Positions 23,303 to 37,000 of a stretch of 64,000 bases of DNA are shown one piece after another. The position numbers were made by a program, and so were the translations under genes. The notes under the pieces were generated by a model, which did not search any database, was not told the DNA's origin, and worked only from the letters and a program-made list of their open reading frames with translations. Source of the stretch: Marsupella aquatica (lineage: Eukaryota > Plantae > Marchantiophyta); the NCBI GenBank assembly GCA_973895155.1, contig OZ316892.1, positions 4,033,223 to 4,097,222 of the forward strand. Reading direction: 5' to 3'. Numbering within the stretch: position 1 is the stretch's first letter; each line of letters opens with the position of its first letter.

Positions 23303-26300
23303 TCACACATCTCCAGATGAAGATCCGGGAGCAGTGGATTCCTTGCCATGTGCGGTAGAAAGATCTTGAAAGGATTTCGAACCATACAGGGATCGGTAGA
23401 CACGTCGGATCCTTAAGGTCAAGATGACGTTCACGATGAATCCCACCACACACACCATAGCCATGATGAAAAGCGTAAGCTGGAAGCAGTGAGCTCCCAA
23501 ACACGTCGCCTTACTGGAAAGAGAACCGACGTAGTTACGCTGAAAATATCTCGTCAAAATGTGCTCATCGATGCCGTGCACGGATGGAGATTTGTCCGAT
23601 TCCTGATCATACAAATAGCCGGCGAGGATCCCCGAGAGAAGGAGCGAACCTAAGGGGTTCCCCATGATCATGAAATTGTAAATCATGCCGAAGTGCCGCA
23701 ATCCGAAGAGCTCTGAAGCTGTCGGCACCATAATCGCGACGTGCACGCCATAGCAAAGCCCAAGGACAACCGATCCCACGTACAGAGATCCTGGAAGTGC
23801 TGTTGCGAGCAATACATGCCCCAAGACCATTAACACTTGGGCTGCCAACAGCCAAACCGTCCTTGGGATTGCATGAGACCTGCAGCATTCACCACCGAAG
23901 AACAGAGTAAGGATTGAAAGATTCGCTAGAACGCGCGCAATGATCTCTAGAGTCAATTCCACAATCTACTGTCGTTCGCGGCTGCGTATGGTCAGTAACT
24001 GCTATTAAACATGGAGTAAGGCGTATGGATTAACATTGCTTGGTAAGTAGTCGAAGCCTGAGTCAATGCGGCAATGTCACCCACACGAATTGACAGTCCA
24101 CCTTCTCTCTACAATGTCAGCAACTAACGGACTAATTGTCAATTCCTCAGAGAATACAGCTTCCTCTCTGAGTGATCGATGTCGTACGAAATTTTGCGTT
24201 CTGAGGCCGATCGAGTCTGGAGTTCATGTACTCACGAAACACTTTTTTTCTCTTTCCCAACAAAACCCAAACGGGGAGAACCAAGAGGGAAAAACCTAAT
24301 CGGGCCATGAGAGAACCAGAACCCATGTACTCATGACACTAGCTAGTGTCCCGACTACTACCGGTACTGATGGCAGCCTACAAGATGAGGGTCGCGAGTT
24401 TAGATTCCGTGAATATTGTGTAACTATTTAAAAGATATCTCTCAACTCTGAACAAAATAACGAGGTCCATAGGGAATTTTTCCTAAGTATGAGAGCTATC
24501 TTCTCTGGAGAATATCAAGAGGCTCACATGGAACAGCAAAAAGTCATGATAGTTAATGTCTTGTAAGAGAAATCTTTCAAAATAAATGCAGGAGGATACA
24601 ACGAGGTTCATGCATACGGAAACAATCCAACCAGAAAACTCTCTTGATCTTCGACTGATAGAGGTCTATACACGAGCCATGAAACACGTACTGTGAGCAC
24701 AACTAGTGAGCTGCCGGGGAAAAGAACAAGAAGGGCGCACAACTGAGTAACTGGTATTAAGTTAAACGACCGTACTCGCGATGCGGTCCCCGTTTTCGTT
24801 CTAGAAAAGTGATATGATTATTATACAAAAAGTGTACAGCAGTGCTTGCAAGTGTGCATGGATACAGCGAGAGCAACCAAATGTCAAATCAAGCCTGAGA
24901 ATGGGTACCCAGTCCCAGACTCCCAGGGGCCGGGCAGAGAGAATGAAAGTCAGCGGGCCCCAATGGAAGGGGCGCACGAGGTTAAAGGCAAAGACCAGGA
25001 CTACTAAAAAGTTTTAAAGAGCAATCAGAATAATGGATGTTGGAATCAACCCAGCTCCGACAAAAAAATTGTCCAAGCAATCATTACGACCAGCGTGCAT
25101 TATAGAATCCTTTGTGACAGACTAGTACCAAAGAAAAAGGTTAAATTGCCATTGGAAGAACTAGGTGAAAAGCCAATGATGTTCACAGGCAGCAAAAACT
25201 AAAGAGAAAAGGAGGCACAACGAGTCCATCAAAAGCGAAAGAGTAACCAAGAGTTGGTACGGCGAAAGTTCAAAAGAGAGTATGAATGGCCAGCAATCAC
25301 GTACCGTACGAAGTGCTCAGAAACAGCGCCTCCTCCTAGACGGCCGATGAAATTCATGATAGCAATGAGGGACACAAAAATTGTAACATCGGAGTAGCCT
25401 TGGGCTTGCCCGATCTGCCCGAGATTGTTGATGACAGTGGTGCCCGTCCCTATCCCACAGAAGTAGGTGAAAAATAGCAACCAGAAATCGGCCTTCACAA
25501 GTGCTTCTGACAGAGTGAAATCCTCCCCACGCCGAGGCCCTTTCCTCCTCCGGACTGCGCCTTCTCCCACCGCCAACAACGTTCCAGCATCGCCTTCTAA
25601 TTTGCCAGATGAAGTTGCGCTCAGACACCCTCTCTTCACTGCTTCATTCTCCCCGTCTGCAGTCTCTGAACCGAGCTTGCTCGTATCATAGGAAGAATAT
25701 GGCTCGGAATTTCGCGGAGATGACTCTGGACTGCTTTTGTCCTTCGAGCAATTATCCTCAGGTTTAGTGCTGTTTTTCGGGCTCTCGCTGCCAAAACCCT
25801 GCGCCTGCTCCTCGATTAGGAGAGGCGTCCGCAGGTTGTCATCCACATGCGCAGGCAGATGTGGTGACTGGGAATTTTGTTTTAGTCGGGCAAGCAAGAA
25901 ATGATTGTAAGCGAACTTGGCTGGCACTAGAAGAGGCGCGCAAAGGAAAGCAAGCATCAAAGCGATGATGATTTCGTAAAGTAGAAAAGGTATGTCCTCC
26001 ACCAAGGTCTCGAAAAAAGTGACGACAAGGAGATACAACGCCAGACCGATGCAAACGATATGGACGAATGCAAAGCCGCTCTTCTCGTCAGGATCAGCAG
26101 ACTTTTTTTCTGCCGAGTTGCCGACGGGTTGGATAAAATACATGGCAATTAAGCAGACCGTGAAAGGACCAAGGGCCAAAAGTAGAACTAAATCCGTCGC
26201 ATTGTCTTTCAATAGCGCAACGAAGACCTGTGTGTAGATCGCGCTACTGAGGCCGACAAAACCTTTGACTATTCCCACAACCATGCCTCGGCTCTCAGGG

Positions 26301-27513
26301 AAATTGCGCATCGTCGTGACCAGCACCGCGGTGTTGTAATATGTCGTGCTGTTGGAAGCGATTACCAAGACCACGCACATCTGCGGATGTTTGCCAGGGA
26401 AACAATGTCAGCTGTCTTCACAGATATATATCATCAAGTACGGTCTCACACATATCCCATGCTATCTCAGGTTGGTCGGATTCATTCATCTTCACTCACT
26501 TATGATTTCCCTTTCATTACATCGATTGTTTCTTACGGAGTAACTCTCAGCTTCGTAGAAGTTCTCCCGTTACTGTTCTCGCTTACCTCCCGTTCATTGG
26601 TCCTGATGATCCGAATTCTTGCTCCGTAGAACTTCGTATGCTCAGCCGTGCTTTATTCTTTTACATTTAGAAGGTTACTCATGTGCATCGTCTTCGTTCG
26701 TGCCTATTCTTTCGTGTTTTCATTCAAAAATTGTTCTCGAAATAGATAGACGCCATTTCGAAAAACTAGATGGAATCATGTACTAGCATAGAGTTCCTCC
26801 AATCCGGATTTTATACTTTCAGCTTTAGACGATATGCCCCCTACACTAAGCGCAAAGAAATCAATTGGCGAGACTCTGATTTCACATTCTACAACTTCTA
26901 TGATATCTATTTATAGGACGTACACTTCAAGAGAGCGGGTACACTAAAATAACAGGGAATAGCAATTTCTGTCAAAAGCTCCCTTGTCAATCTCCCCATC
27001 AGCAATTCATTGAGAAGTTAAACAATTAAAAAAGGAGGATATCGAGAACAACTCGAGAGAGGAGGACGCGGAAGCAAATGAAAGACGAGAATGGAACGGA
27101 ACAGAGCGTACAGACAAAACTAAACAGAGGCATGCTACAGGAAGAAAAGCCTCAGAGTTGGCACGTAATGAAAAATCTGGGGGAGATCATACCTGCCAGT
27201 ACGGCAAAGGTGCAATGAAACTCCTCATTACAAGCCACAGCGTTCCGAAACCCACAAGTCCTTCGCAAGCGCCGATCAGGAGAATGACCCATGGCGAAAG
27301 CAAATTACTAAGCATGCCAGCCACCAGTCCGACACTCTCTCCAAAGTCCTTCGCCACACCTAGGTTGTTGAGTTCTACTTGATTGAGGTGCAGTTGCTGT
27401 TTGAGGGCCGGGCCATAATGTGGGAACACATTGCCGTTCCCTGCCATGGATTGTACCCATATTCCGGCCGCTAGTCCCACCCATCGCGACACCTGATCCC
27501 TCGGACTAGCCAT
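23303..27513 (-). CDS. NFD4/nodulin-like major facilitator superfamily transporter, 3 exons, ~657 aa
   Basis: Exons 27193-27513, 25305-26380, 23303-23879 with matching phases. Motifs RWVGLAAGIWVQ, LGVAKDFGESVG, RNFPESRGMVVGIVKGFVGLS, GPRRGEDFTL..ALVKADFWLLF, SELFGLRHFG, CLGAHCF. Confidence 0.93.
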
Positions 27514-28000
27514 GCTGATGACGTATATACCGCACAGAGCGCGGATTGTACCTCCTCGCCCGCTTCAAATTTACCAATGGTTTAGATCCCCTTACTACAA
27601 TGGCACGATCCCTCCTGCCAATGCTGAGCACAACAAAATTCTTGCACTCGGGAGGCTGGGACGGGCACTTGCCCTCCTCTAGTCCTCTTTGATCTTCGAT
27701 TGTGCCGTCCAGATGCCACCTGGCAGGCTCGGACAGTACCTGAATTGGCGCACGGGATGCTCTAAATGCCCTGTCGTAACCTACTAACGAATCTACGAAC
27801 GGTGGCAATACAGCCACAACTGCTGCGCACTGCAACAGTCCTAGCCACTTCTCGGCACAGAAGTCGATATCCAGAGTCTCTACTGAGTAAGAAATCTTGA
27901 ATTTGCAAGAGCTCTGCTTCAGAACACGTAGATGCCTCGCGCTACCGAGCATAAACTCATGAGCAGACTTGAAAGCGCTCGTCACTCAGCCAAGAAAATT

Positions 28001-28285
28001 GATTCACTTGAGTAGAAGAAGTCTTGGTGAACTCAAAAACTATAACTTACAGAGTATCTGAGAAGTGATGCTTTAGCACATGTTCACGCGAATCATCCCT
28101 GATTCACGTGAGCACAAGAAGTCTCGGTGAACTCAACTATAACTGAGAATCCGAGAACTAACGCTTCATCACAGATTCACGATAAGCTCTGATTCGCGTC
28201 AGCAGAAGAAGGTCCAGTAAACTCAACAAACTATTACAGTATGTGAGATGTAATTCTTCATCACAGATTCACGCGAATGAACTGT
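28001..28285. repeat. Degenerate ~95-bp tandem triplication upstream of the MFS gene
   Basis: GATTCAC..GAG..GAAGAAGTC..GGTGAACTCAA..CTATAAC...GAGAA motif seen three times. Confidence 0.6.
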
Positions 28286-31200
28286 GAGCATTTTAATTCC
28301 TCCAAACGATAGGGATACACGAATCGAATTACATCCTACAGAACTCCGCGGTCCTTCTTTCCGACACTGAATACAGAAACGCTGACAAGCAGCAGCAGCT
28401 ATTGTCGATCGATGGATCGATCCCTTTTCCTTGTATTTAGAACAACACTAGCGCAGCTGCACAGGTCAATCAACGCCTCGGACAGTCAATGCGCTTGATC
28501 CTGCAACAATTTAAAGCGGACTAAGAATTTAATGTCACACTTCGGGCCTTCCTTCAGACATCCAGAAAGAGAAGCAGCCGCAGTCTTCTGAGCCACTATC
28601 TGCAGCACCTGCGAACGAAGTCCTCCACCGCGGACCGAACCACAAATTCTTTTGACTTCTCGTCCAGCAAGGCGGGAGGAGAGACAGTTTTCCAAAATTA
28701 GTGCGGTTTTCAGTCAATTTTCCCAAACCGATCTTCCAATTCTCCGTCTTCTGAACCTACACCACCGACTAGAATCACCAGCAGAAGACAAACCTTCCCG
28801 CTCGGAATGACCGGACCATCAATCCTATTGACGGACTCATCGCCCAATTGGGTGGGAGCGAGAGAGATTTGCAAAATTGGTGGGGTTTCTCAGGCAAATG
28901 CGAGCTAGGTAGGCGGGAGGGCGGGCGGATCCGTGTCGGAGGAGAGGAGCAAAGCACCACCTGCTCTGCGGGCTGCTTTGAGAATCAAGTCGACGGTCAC
29001 GAAGACGCCAGGCGTCGGCATTTGTAGTCGTCGGGCATTACTATTTCCGCCCACCGAGACTCCAAGACACGCACCCCCCGCCCACTCGGCCCCCCATGGC
29101 CCATGCAGAAATATGCAGAACTATGCAGAACTGGAGTAGTGATTAACCGGGGTGATTAAGAAGTGGAGGAATGCGGAACTGTGTGGTTATTACGCTAATG
29201 GACTTTCTCTAGGACGCCTGTTTTTAAGGGCGGATTTCGAATGCACCCGCCCCCAACCCCACGGGTCCACCACCCCCAAGACTTTTGGAAAACATTGCCG
29301 TCAATTGACCAACTGCCGATGGATGCTGGTTAGCTTGTTCCCACGTTCGAGAGGCAGTCCGATCGACGTTACATTTCAGACGCAGCCCGACTCAGCTTGT
29401 TCTCACATTCCAGATGCAGTCCGACTAACCGACGGATGCCGGTCGGCTTGTTCTCTTATTCTGGCACACGGTTACAGACTAGTAACCCCTGCCCAGACCT
29501 TGGTTATCCTCTGAGTGGACTTTAACTTAATAGATGGTATGTAAGCAGAAATGTAAAGTGTCCGGTAAGCATTAATGCCATACTCTGTAGAGTGAAACTT
29601 CTGCACCAGGCTAGTAAGCATAAATGTAAACTGTCGGTAACCATTAGTGCCATACTCTGTAGAGTGAAACTATAGGCCATAATATCTCTGATAACAAAAG
29701 GGTCCACTCTCTGGTACTTGGGCTATTCAGCAGAAATGTAACGTTTCCGGTTATGCTAATGTCGTTTCTCCAGGACACCTGTTTGGGGGTCGAATCAGAT
29801 GCACCTCCCCATAACTTAGTTTAGCTCCAAAATTTAGAATCTCACAAGAAGCAGTTCAACTAATACCAACTTTCTATATAACAGTAATTGGAATTGATTC
29901 AATCAGTGTCACCATAACACTACCTATCAGCTGATATTATTTGTGGTGCACACATTAATGCCAAATATTTTCATGAATCTTGTTCGGTGTAGTCACACTA
30001 TTTGGGTGTGGAAAGTGTTATTTGTGGTGTGAAGATTGATACCCAAAATATTGCATGAAATCCAAATCTTGCTGTCAAGTGTAGGCACACTATATGGGTG
30101 TAGATAAGGTGAGTCTTAAATGTTTGAAAAACATCAATTTTTTAACTATAACATAAGTAAAAAATTAAGGAGCCTAACTAATCCATTACATTCACCCTAA
30201 CATTCATTCATAAAATTGTTTACTGTGTGTTTTCACCATGAATGATTCATTCTAGTGTTTCGTTAGTTCTGTAATTAGTGTTATTGAGCTCCAAAACCTC
30301 TCTTCTCTATTATTCTGTTACCTCGTGCTATTTGTTGTGTCAAATTACTTTATACTAACATCAACTGTCGTCGACAACGTATTTCTCCACAAGGCCTTGT
30401 TTTGGGGCATAAGAGGTGCTCGTCGCACCTGCCCCCCAAACCCCCATCCCCACAAGACTTTGCCAAGATAAAAATCTGGAGAGCTTGAGCAAGGTTCCAT
30501 GCACAAGGGGGCTGGGGTATGACCATTGCAGGCAGGTGGGGTTGAGTGGGATAGTGACAAGTGTCCACAAGTACACAAATGAGAGCGCATTAAGAATATG
30601 GAAGTATGGAAAGCCCATACACTCACTCACAAGAGGGTACCCACCACTATATGCTGCAAGCCTGCAGCCCCTTTTGGCCTGAAGCTGGTAGGAAGAACAA
30701 ACAGCAGTTTTGATCCTACTTAATATGCTTTAGCCTCTGAAAGGAGGTTAGGGAGAAAGAACCACTGAAGAGAAGACTACGGCTGGGCAGAACTTCTGGA
30801 TTACCCTGGACTACCAGGTTAGGGCAATAAATAAATAATCAATGATCCCTGGGACAGTGTTTAGGAGACTTCAAAAAACAAATTGTAATGCATATTTAAA
30901 GAATGTTCTAAGCATTTTGAGATAAGCTTTTGATTTTCTAAAGGGAACAAATGAAAGGGTTCACGGGCTCAGTCCATCATGGCTTCAACTTCCAGTCACG
31001 GCCTTGCCACTAATATGCCTCTGATATTGCTAGTATTCCGATAAAAAACGCTGTCACTAACACAAGGTGACATTGGTCATGCTGGCCAAAAAGAAAAAAG
31101 GAAAAATGAGAAATTACCCTGGTGCGTGCAATATGGACGTTGTCATAACGAAAGCCTCAAGTCATAGAAGCACTTGAGCGTTACTGTAGGCAGTAGTCCA

Positions 31201-34034
31201 TCAGGCAACGCAGCATGGCCCTGGAAAGAAACCCAGCTGCCCACTCACGTGGCCAGTCAGCAACTGTGTAATTCCACGTGGCTCACTTGACGTACTCACA
31301 TAACACAGTCCTGCATGCATGAAAGGAAACCAAGGTCGTGAACTGCTGTACAGGTTCCGACGACAGTACTACAGTAAGTGCGTAGGGGTTATGCATTCCA
31401 CCCTGGAATCACAATATGATTGTATACGACGAATAAGAGGATCTGCCCGCAGGATCTCACTATCTAACGGTAGACACTGAGCATCTGGAGATCTTCTTTT
31501 GTTGCGAACAAGCGTTGTTCCCGGTGGCGAAAATTCGTTAAATTACATCTCACTGAAAAGTAGTTGTCACTTTTTGACAACACTTTCTTCAGCCATTTGT
31601 CTTCGATTTGCCAGTTTCACACCTATCCCACTTACCCTACGGTAGTAGCCAGAATTTGACTGTTCTCTTGAGACCTAAGGGGGTTTAATGTTCATAAATT
31701 TTGTCTTCTATAAATAAGTAATTAACATTCTTAGCATCTTCTCCTTCACGTAAAGCCTTTCATGACTGTTCTTTTTGTATATTTGAGTGCATTAATTCTC
31801 CATAATGCACCCTTTTTTGGCTTTTTTATACAAAACACCATAAATATAGTAAAAGTAAAAATTAAATATAGTTTTACCATACACAAAAAAATAAAAATTT
31901 ATCAAGATCTCAAGATGGTAACCAAATCTTATATGGTGATAGGAATAAAATATCTATGAATAGAATCTAATATAACTCAAGAACGTATATTTTTGGCCAA
32001 TTTCATATCAATCATTTCTTGGATGATTTTTTAATCTAAATTTTCTATTTCAGTGATTCACTATTTCTTGTTTGTTATCAAAAAGTCACTCAAGTTTGTA
32101 AGTACAGTAATATACTAATTATGGGCATTATATCCCACAATGCCCTCTAACCAGGACATTATCCTATTCACAAGGTGCCATTGGCAGCCCCTTAAGCCAG
32201 AGTTTGAATATTAATTTTAAGTGTAGAGATACCTAACAATGAATAATTAATCTAGAAAAGTTAGATAAACAACCTTCTTAGCATCTTCTCCTTCATGGAA
32301 ACATAGGGACACGCTACTAGCCCAGTAGCCAGAATTTTACTATTATGCTTAAATGTAGTGAAATCTAAGGGTCAGAAATTAAGCTTGGAAAGTTAGATAT
32401 AAACACACTATAAACATATTTTCTTTCTCACAAAGAGCCAATTATCACCCCACTAGCCAGAATTTGAAGATTATACTCAAATCTAGGGAGATATAATGGT
32501 CAGAAATTAATACAGTAGTAAGGTAAACAATATTCTTTTCATCTTCGCACCTCAATAGCCAAAATCTGATTGTGCCTTTTAAATCTAGGAAAATATTTTT
32601 TTAAATTATAAATAAATATAAATATATATAGGAAAATCTGACAATCAGAAATGTGTCTAAGAAAATTAGATAAACACCATTCTCTGGATGCACCTTTTCC
32701 CGCACACAAATTGGCATTCGCCACCCTCGCTATGTGTGTGGCGAGGGTGGCGAACTGGCGAATATGTACCTTAAAACGTACCATTTGTTTGCGATACATT
32801 CGTTTGTACCGGGATACCTTTACGTGAGCGTACCTCCAGGAGTGGCGGGCATGGGTCGCTCGGACGCCCGCGCTTGCTGACGTCGCGTCGAGGAGATTCT
32901 GTTGGGCCTGAACGGCGAACCCGGTACACCGCCACTTTCGGTGAAGATCCCGACAAAGATCTGCTGTTCGGAAAGCTTCTGCCGGCAGTGTGCCCATCGT
33001 GACATCGGCCTCTCCTGAAGGCTCCGGGAGTCCGGGCTGCTGGCCCACGTACGGGGCGCACCCCTTCGGACAGTAATATTCTCCGGTATATAGGGTGTGG
33101 GTCTGACCTGAAAAACACGATGTACTTTAAAGCGACAAAGTCCTTGGATCATCAGCATAATTTTACTTTAAAGCGACAAAGTCCTTGGATCATCAGCATA
33201 AAGAGTGTAGCGTCTTTGCTGCGAGATGACATGTGGTTTGAAGGAAAAGATGCTAAGAATCTTTATTTCCTTAGTTTTTTAAAATTAATTGATGACAGCA
33301 AATTTTAGCACCCAGGTTTGTGACTTTCCTAGCTTAATTTGTGACTGTTAGATCTCTGTAGATTTAAGCATAACCCTCAGATTCTGGCAAGGTGGAAAAG
33401 TGGGTGATGGAAGACAAAAACTTTGCATAAATTTTGCCAAAAGTGGGGAAGACTTTCCAGGGAGGTCTAATATGGCAAGATTTAGACACTGAAAAAATGT
33501 TGCACCGCACTGCTTCCATCATCAATACCTGGCTCCACCCTGTTTCACCATGTTTAGTAGGTTTTTCCTGAAATTGAGGAGGAGGCTACTATAGTAGAGG
33601 TGGAGACAGGAGAGTGACTAGAATGTGAAAATGATAAAAACATTGGACACTTCTGCCTTGTCTAGGACCACTGTGGCTTACCTACAGTACTACATTAAGG
33701 TTATGGACAGAAAAAGTTAGGGACCACTAAACCAATAATGTGGAAAGAACGCATTTGCCAGTGAAAAAAACTTTTAAAACTTTTACACAATCGTTGACAA
33801 GGTGGATCATTTCTAGGTGTCTAAAAGCCATCACTGGTAATGATAAAGCCTTGACATTCTCATTCCATGCCTCACTACTCACAATAAAAGATGTAGCACT
33901 CACCATAACAGTTGGAGCACTCAGCACCTTTTGTGGAGCTCAAGTTCATTCCCATTGAAACTGAACAGTGGAGCTCAAGCTCATTTCTATTGAAACTGTG
34001 CAATTATCCATAATGAGATCTACGGGTAACCCAT

Positions 34035-37000
34035 TGTGACGGGGTTCCCGTCACCGAAAATCCTCAATAATTGTTTACTGGGTTGTGCCATGTAAATAAC
34101 CATTGTAAATAAGCCGTTTTTTTTTAATTTTCGAGTTAATTCAATCCTTTCAAGTTGGTGCTGCCAGGAGGACTTTACTTTATTTCCTTCTCAGAATTGT
34201 TCTAAACGGTCACGGCAACCTAGAGGGGGGCAAATAGGTGGCCTGGCCATTTTGCTTGAACCATTGTCAAGTTCCCCCTATAAGTCCAAGAGGTTAACTT
34301 TTCTTTTTGGGGTTAAAGGGGTATAACCACAACAAGGGCCAAAAGAAGAGAATGAGTTCTTTTGAGAGGTTAAAAGTTGTTGGAGTAAAGGGGTCGATAA
34401 GGGGCAGCCCCTGTGGATGCCACCTGGCATCCCCATAAGGTCAGCCGGGGCGCGGAGTTCAGTCGGGGAGCGTGAAAAGAAGGAGGTGGGGGGGATTAAA
34501 CCCCTCTTAAGGATCTTAAAAGGGCCCCGCGAGTGAATGGAGGGCGGGCCGCGAGCCCTGCATAGGGCCACGAGCCCACCAGCCACGTCAGGAGGAGGGA
34601 GCTCCGTGAGCAGGAGGCGAGTCGGGGCGCGAGCAGCTGGGGCAAGCCGACGCGAGCCGGGGCGAGGGCGGCCGGGCCGCAGCCGAAGAAAGGAGGAGGC
34701 AAGTTGGGGCGCGAGCAGCCGGGGCGAGCCGACGCGAGCCGGGGCAAGGGCGGCCGGGCCGCAGCCGAAGAAAGGAGGAAGGAGTCGGGGGGAGTATTAA
34801 CCCTCCCGTGAGTGAAGGTGGGGGGGGGATTAAACCCTCCCGCGAGCCAGGAGGAGGGCGCAGGGCTGCCGGTACGCGAGGCGCCGCATAGGGCAGCGTG
34901 TAGCAAAAAGGGGGGGAATTAAATCCCCCGGCCTCGGAGGTAACAGGGCACAGTGCGAGCCCTGCATAGGGCCACGTGCTGCCGGTGGCTCCCGCGAGTT
35001 GGTGAGAGGAGGGCGCATAGGCGAGCCAGGGTACCGGGGCAGCCGGGGCACGAGCAGCCGGGGCGCATGGCATGAAGGAGCCACGGGGTTTCTTTTTTTT
35101 CCTTCCTATTTTTCTCACTTCCTCTCTTTTGCAAGACCCACTCATTGCCGAAAGCAAAAACTCGGGCTCTCTCTCAACTCTTGCCGAAAGCTCGCTCCAC
35201 ATTTTGCAATTATTCTGGAAGCTCTTTCTCATGGTCAATTGTTGAGGCTTGTTGGCATGATTCTTCCGGGCATTAGCGGAAGCGGCACGGAGTGGCTTTT
35301 GAGGGAATTGAGGGTAATTGATTGATCGGGATAGGGGGCCATTTCGGGCCAGGGAATTGACATTGCTACGGGTGATGGGATTTGGTGATTGACGATTTGA
35401 TTTCTGGATGCATGGATGTTGGATCAACCGGAGTTTAGTGCGGCACGCATTCGGAGATACAAGGCTGCTTACCGTGACTACGTTGAGACTTTGATTGCAA
35501 GAGAGAGAGAAGAGAGAGAAGCTACGATGAGTACTGGACTGGCGGCAAGTTCTACACCGGTGAGTAGGATGGTTTTCCGTCAAATTTATCCCAAAACCTC
35601 CACCAAGGTGATGGAGGATTGTAGGAATATTTTTCAAGCCACCGGGCTCACGGAGTTCATGAAGGTGGAGATTACAATCCCTTCGGGGAAGAGTTGGAAC
35701 ATTGAGGCCGGGATGGAGTTACGTACGGAAGGAATCTACTTTGAATGTCTCCAACGGGTAGTGCCCCATGTGGAGTTAGCTAAGCTTCTGTTTCTGGAGA
35801 ACCAGCAATTCTCATTCACCCCTCAGAACATAAGGGGAGAACTCATGTTGACAATGGTGGCCGGTTGGGTGATTAATCCCACCTCCACTACTTCCATTCC
35901 ACTTTCAGCCGTCAAGGATGCTGAGCACAAGGGATTTCTGGCCAAGGTTCATCAACGGGTCCTCGGTAACGTGCAATCCGAGGTGGTGAATGGAGAGCAT
36001 TTTGTGGTAGCTATGGACATCAAGAACTATCCAGCCCATGTGTACGGATGGTGGTACTACGGGTTGAAGAAGCTATTGGACGCCGATCCCGGGAGTGTGA
36101 AACCAGGTGGGGCTGTACATTTGATGGGGTCATTTTTGCTGGCCAGAGCAGAAGGGTGGATTGTTTCCCCGGGATAGGAAGACTCTGGATCATCCCTTAC
36201 CACGGAAATCAGGAGTATTGCCACTACCATCGTGGGGAAACTAACGGGGGGATCATCGTCGGCGGTTGGGGATGATAATAGAGAGGAAGAAAACCAGGAT
36301 GATGACTCCACATTGGAGTGGCTTGAATCACTTGTGGGAGATCCGGAGGAGCCCCTGGTCTACGACATTCCTGATGTCTACCTGGCGGAGTTACGGGATT
36401 TCCGGGAGGGAGTCCATGAGGAACTCAAGCTAGTCCACGCATTGAGAGATTCTCTCAAGCAGGCCACCGCCAGAGTAGAGACTTTGGAGCAAAGTGCCTT
36501 GTCTATGAAGGAGGTGATCAAGGCCAAGGAGGAGGCCATTCATGAGAAGGTTAAGCTTCTCCAAGCAGCTCACGTAGAGATCTCCAACTTGAAGGGAGCC
36601 TTTCCACCAAGGCCAAGGAAGCGGAAGAGGTTGGAGTATTGAAACAGGCATTGGCCAAAGAGAAGCAAAATTCTGGAGAAGTAGTGGAGTTAGGAGCCCA
36701 GGTGGGAGCACTACGGAGTCAAATGGTGATCTTTGAGACAAGGGCTAAGAGGAGTGAGGCCTTGGGTCTGGGGAAATGGAAGAGCCCTTGCACACCTAGC
36801 TCCACACTTTCCCCGGATTTGATCTCCAGGGCCATTGAGATGGTGGTGAAGGAAGTCAGTGGGAAGTATGGACCCCTGTTGGATGCAGCCAAGAAGAGTC
36901 AAGAGAAGAGCAAGAGCTTAGAGAAGAAGCTCAGGGAGGTATCAAATCGTTACGGGAGGCTCAGGTCAACACGGGGATGCCACCCCGATCTGTCACCCCT

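Noticed and set aside
27506-27985. 159-codon ORF overlapping the MFS start codon
   Set aside because: Non-ATG start and no homology cues; probably a chance 5' leader ORF.
34588-35637. 349-aa minus-strand ORF in the TG..CA element
   Set aside because: Low-complexity Pro/Ala/Arg product of GC-rich repeats; typical stop-codon depletion artefact.
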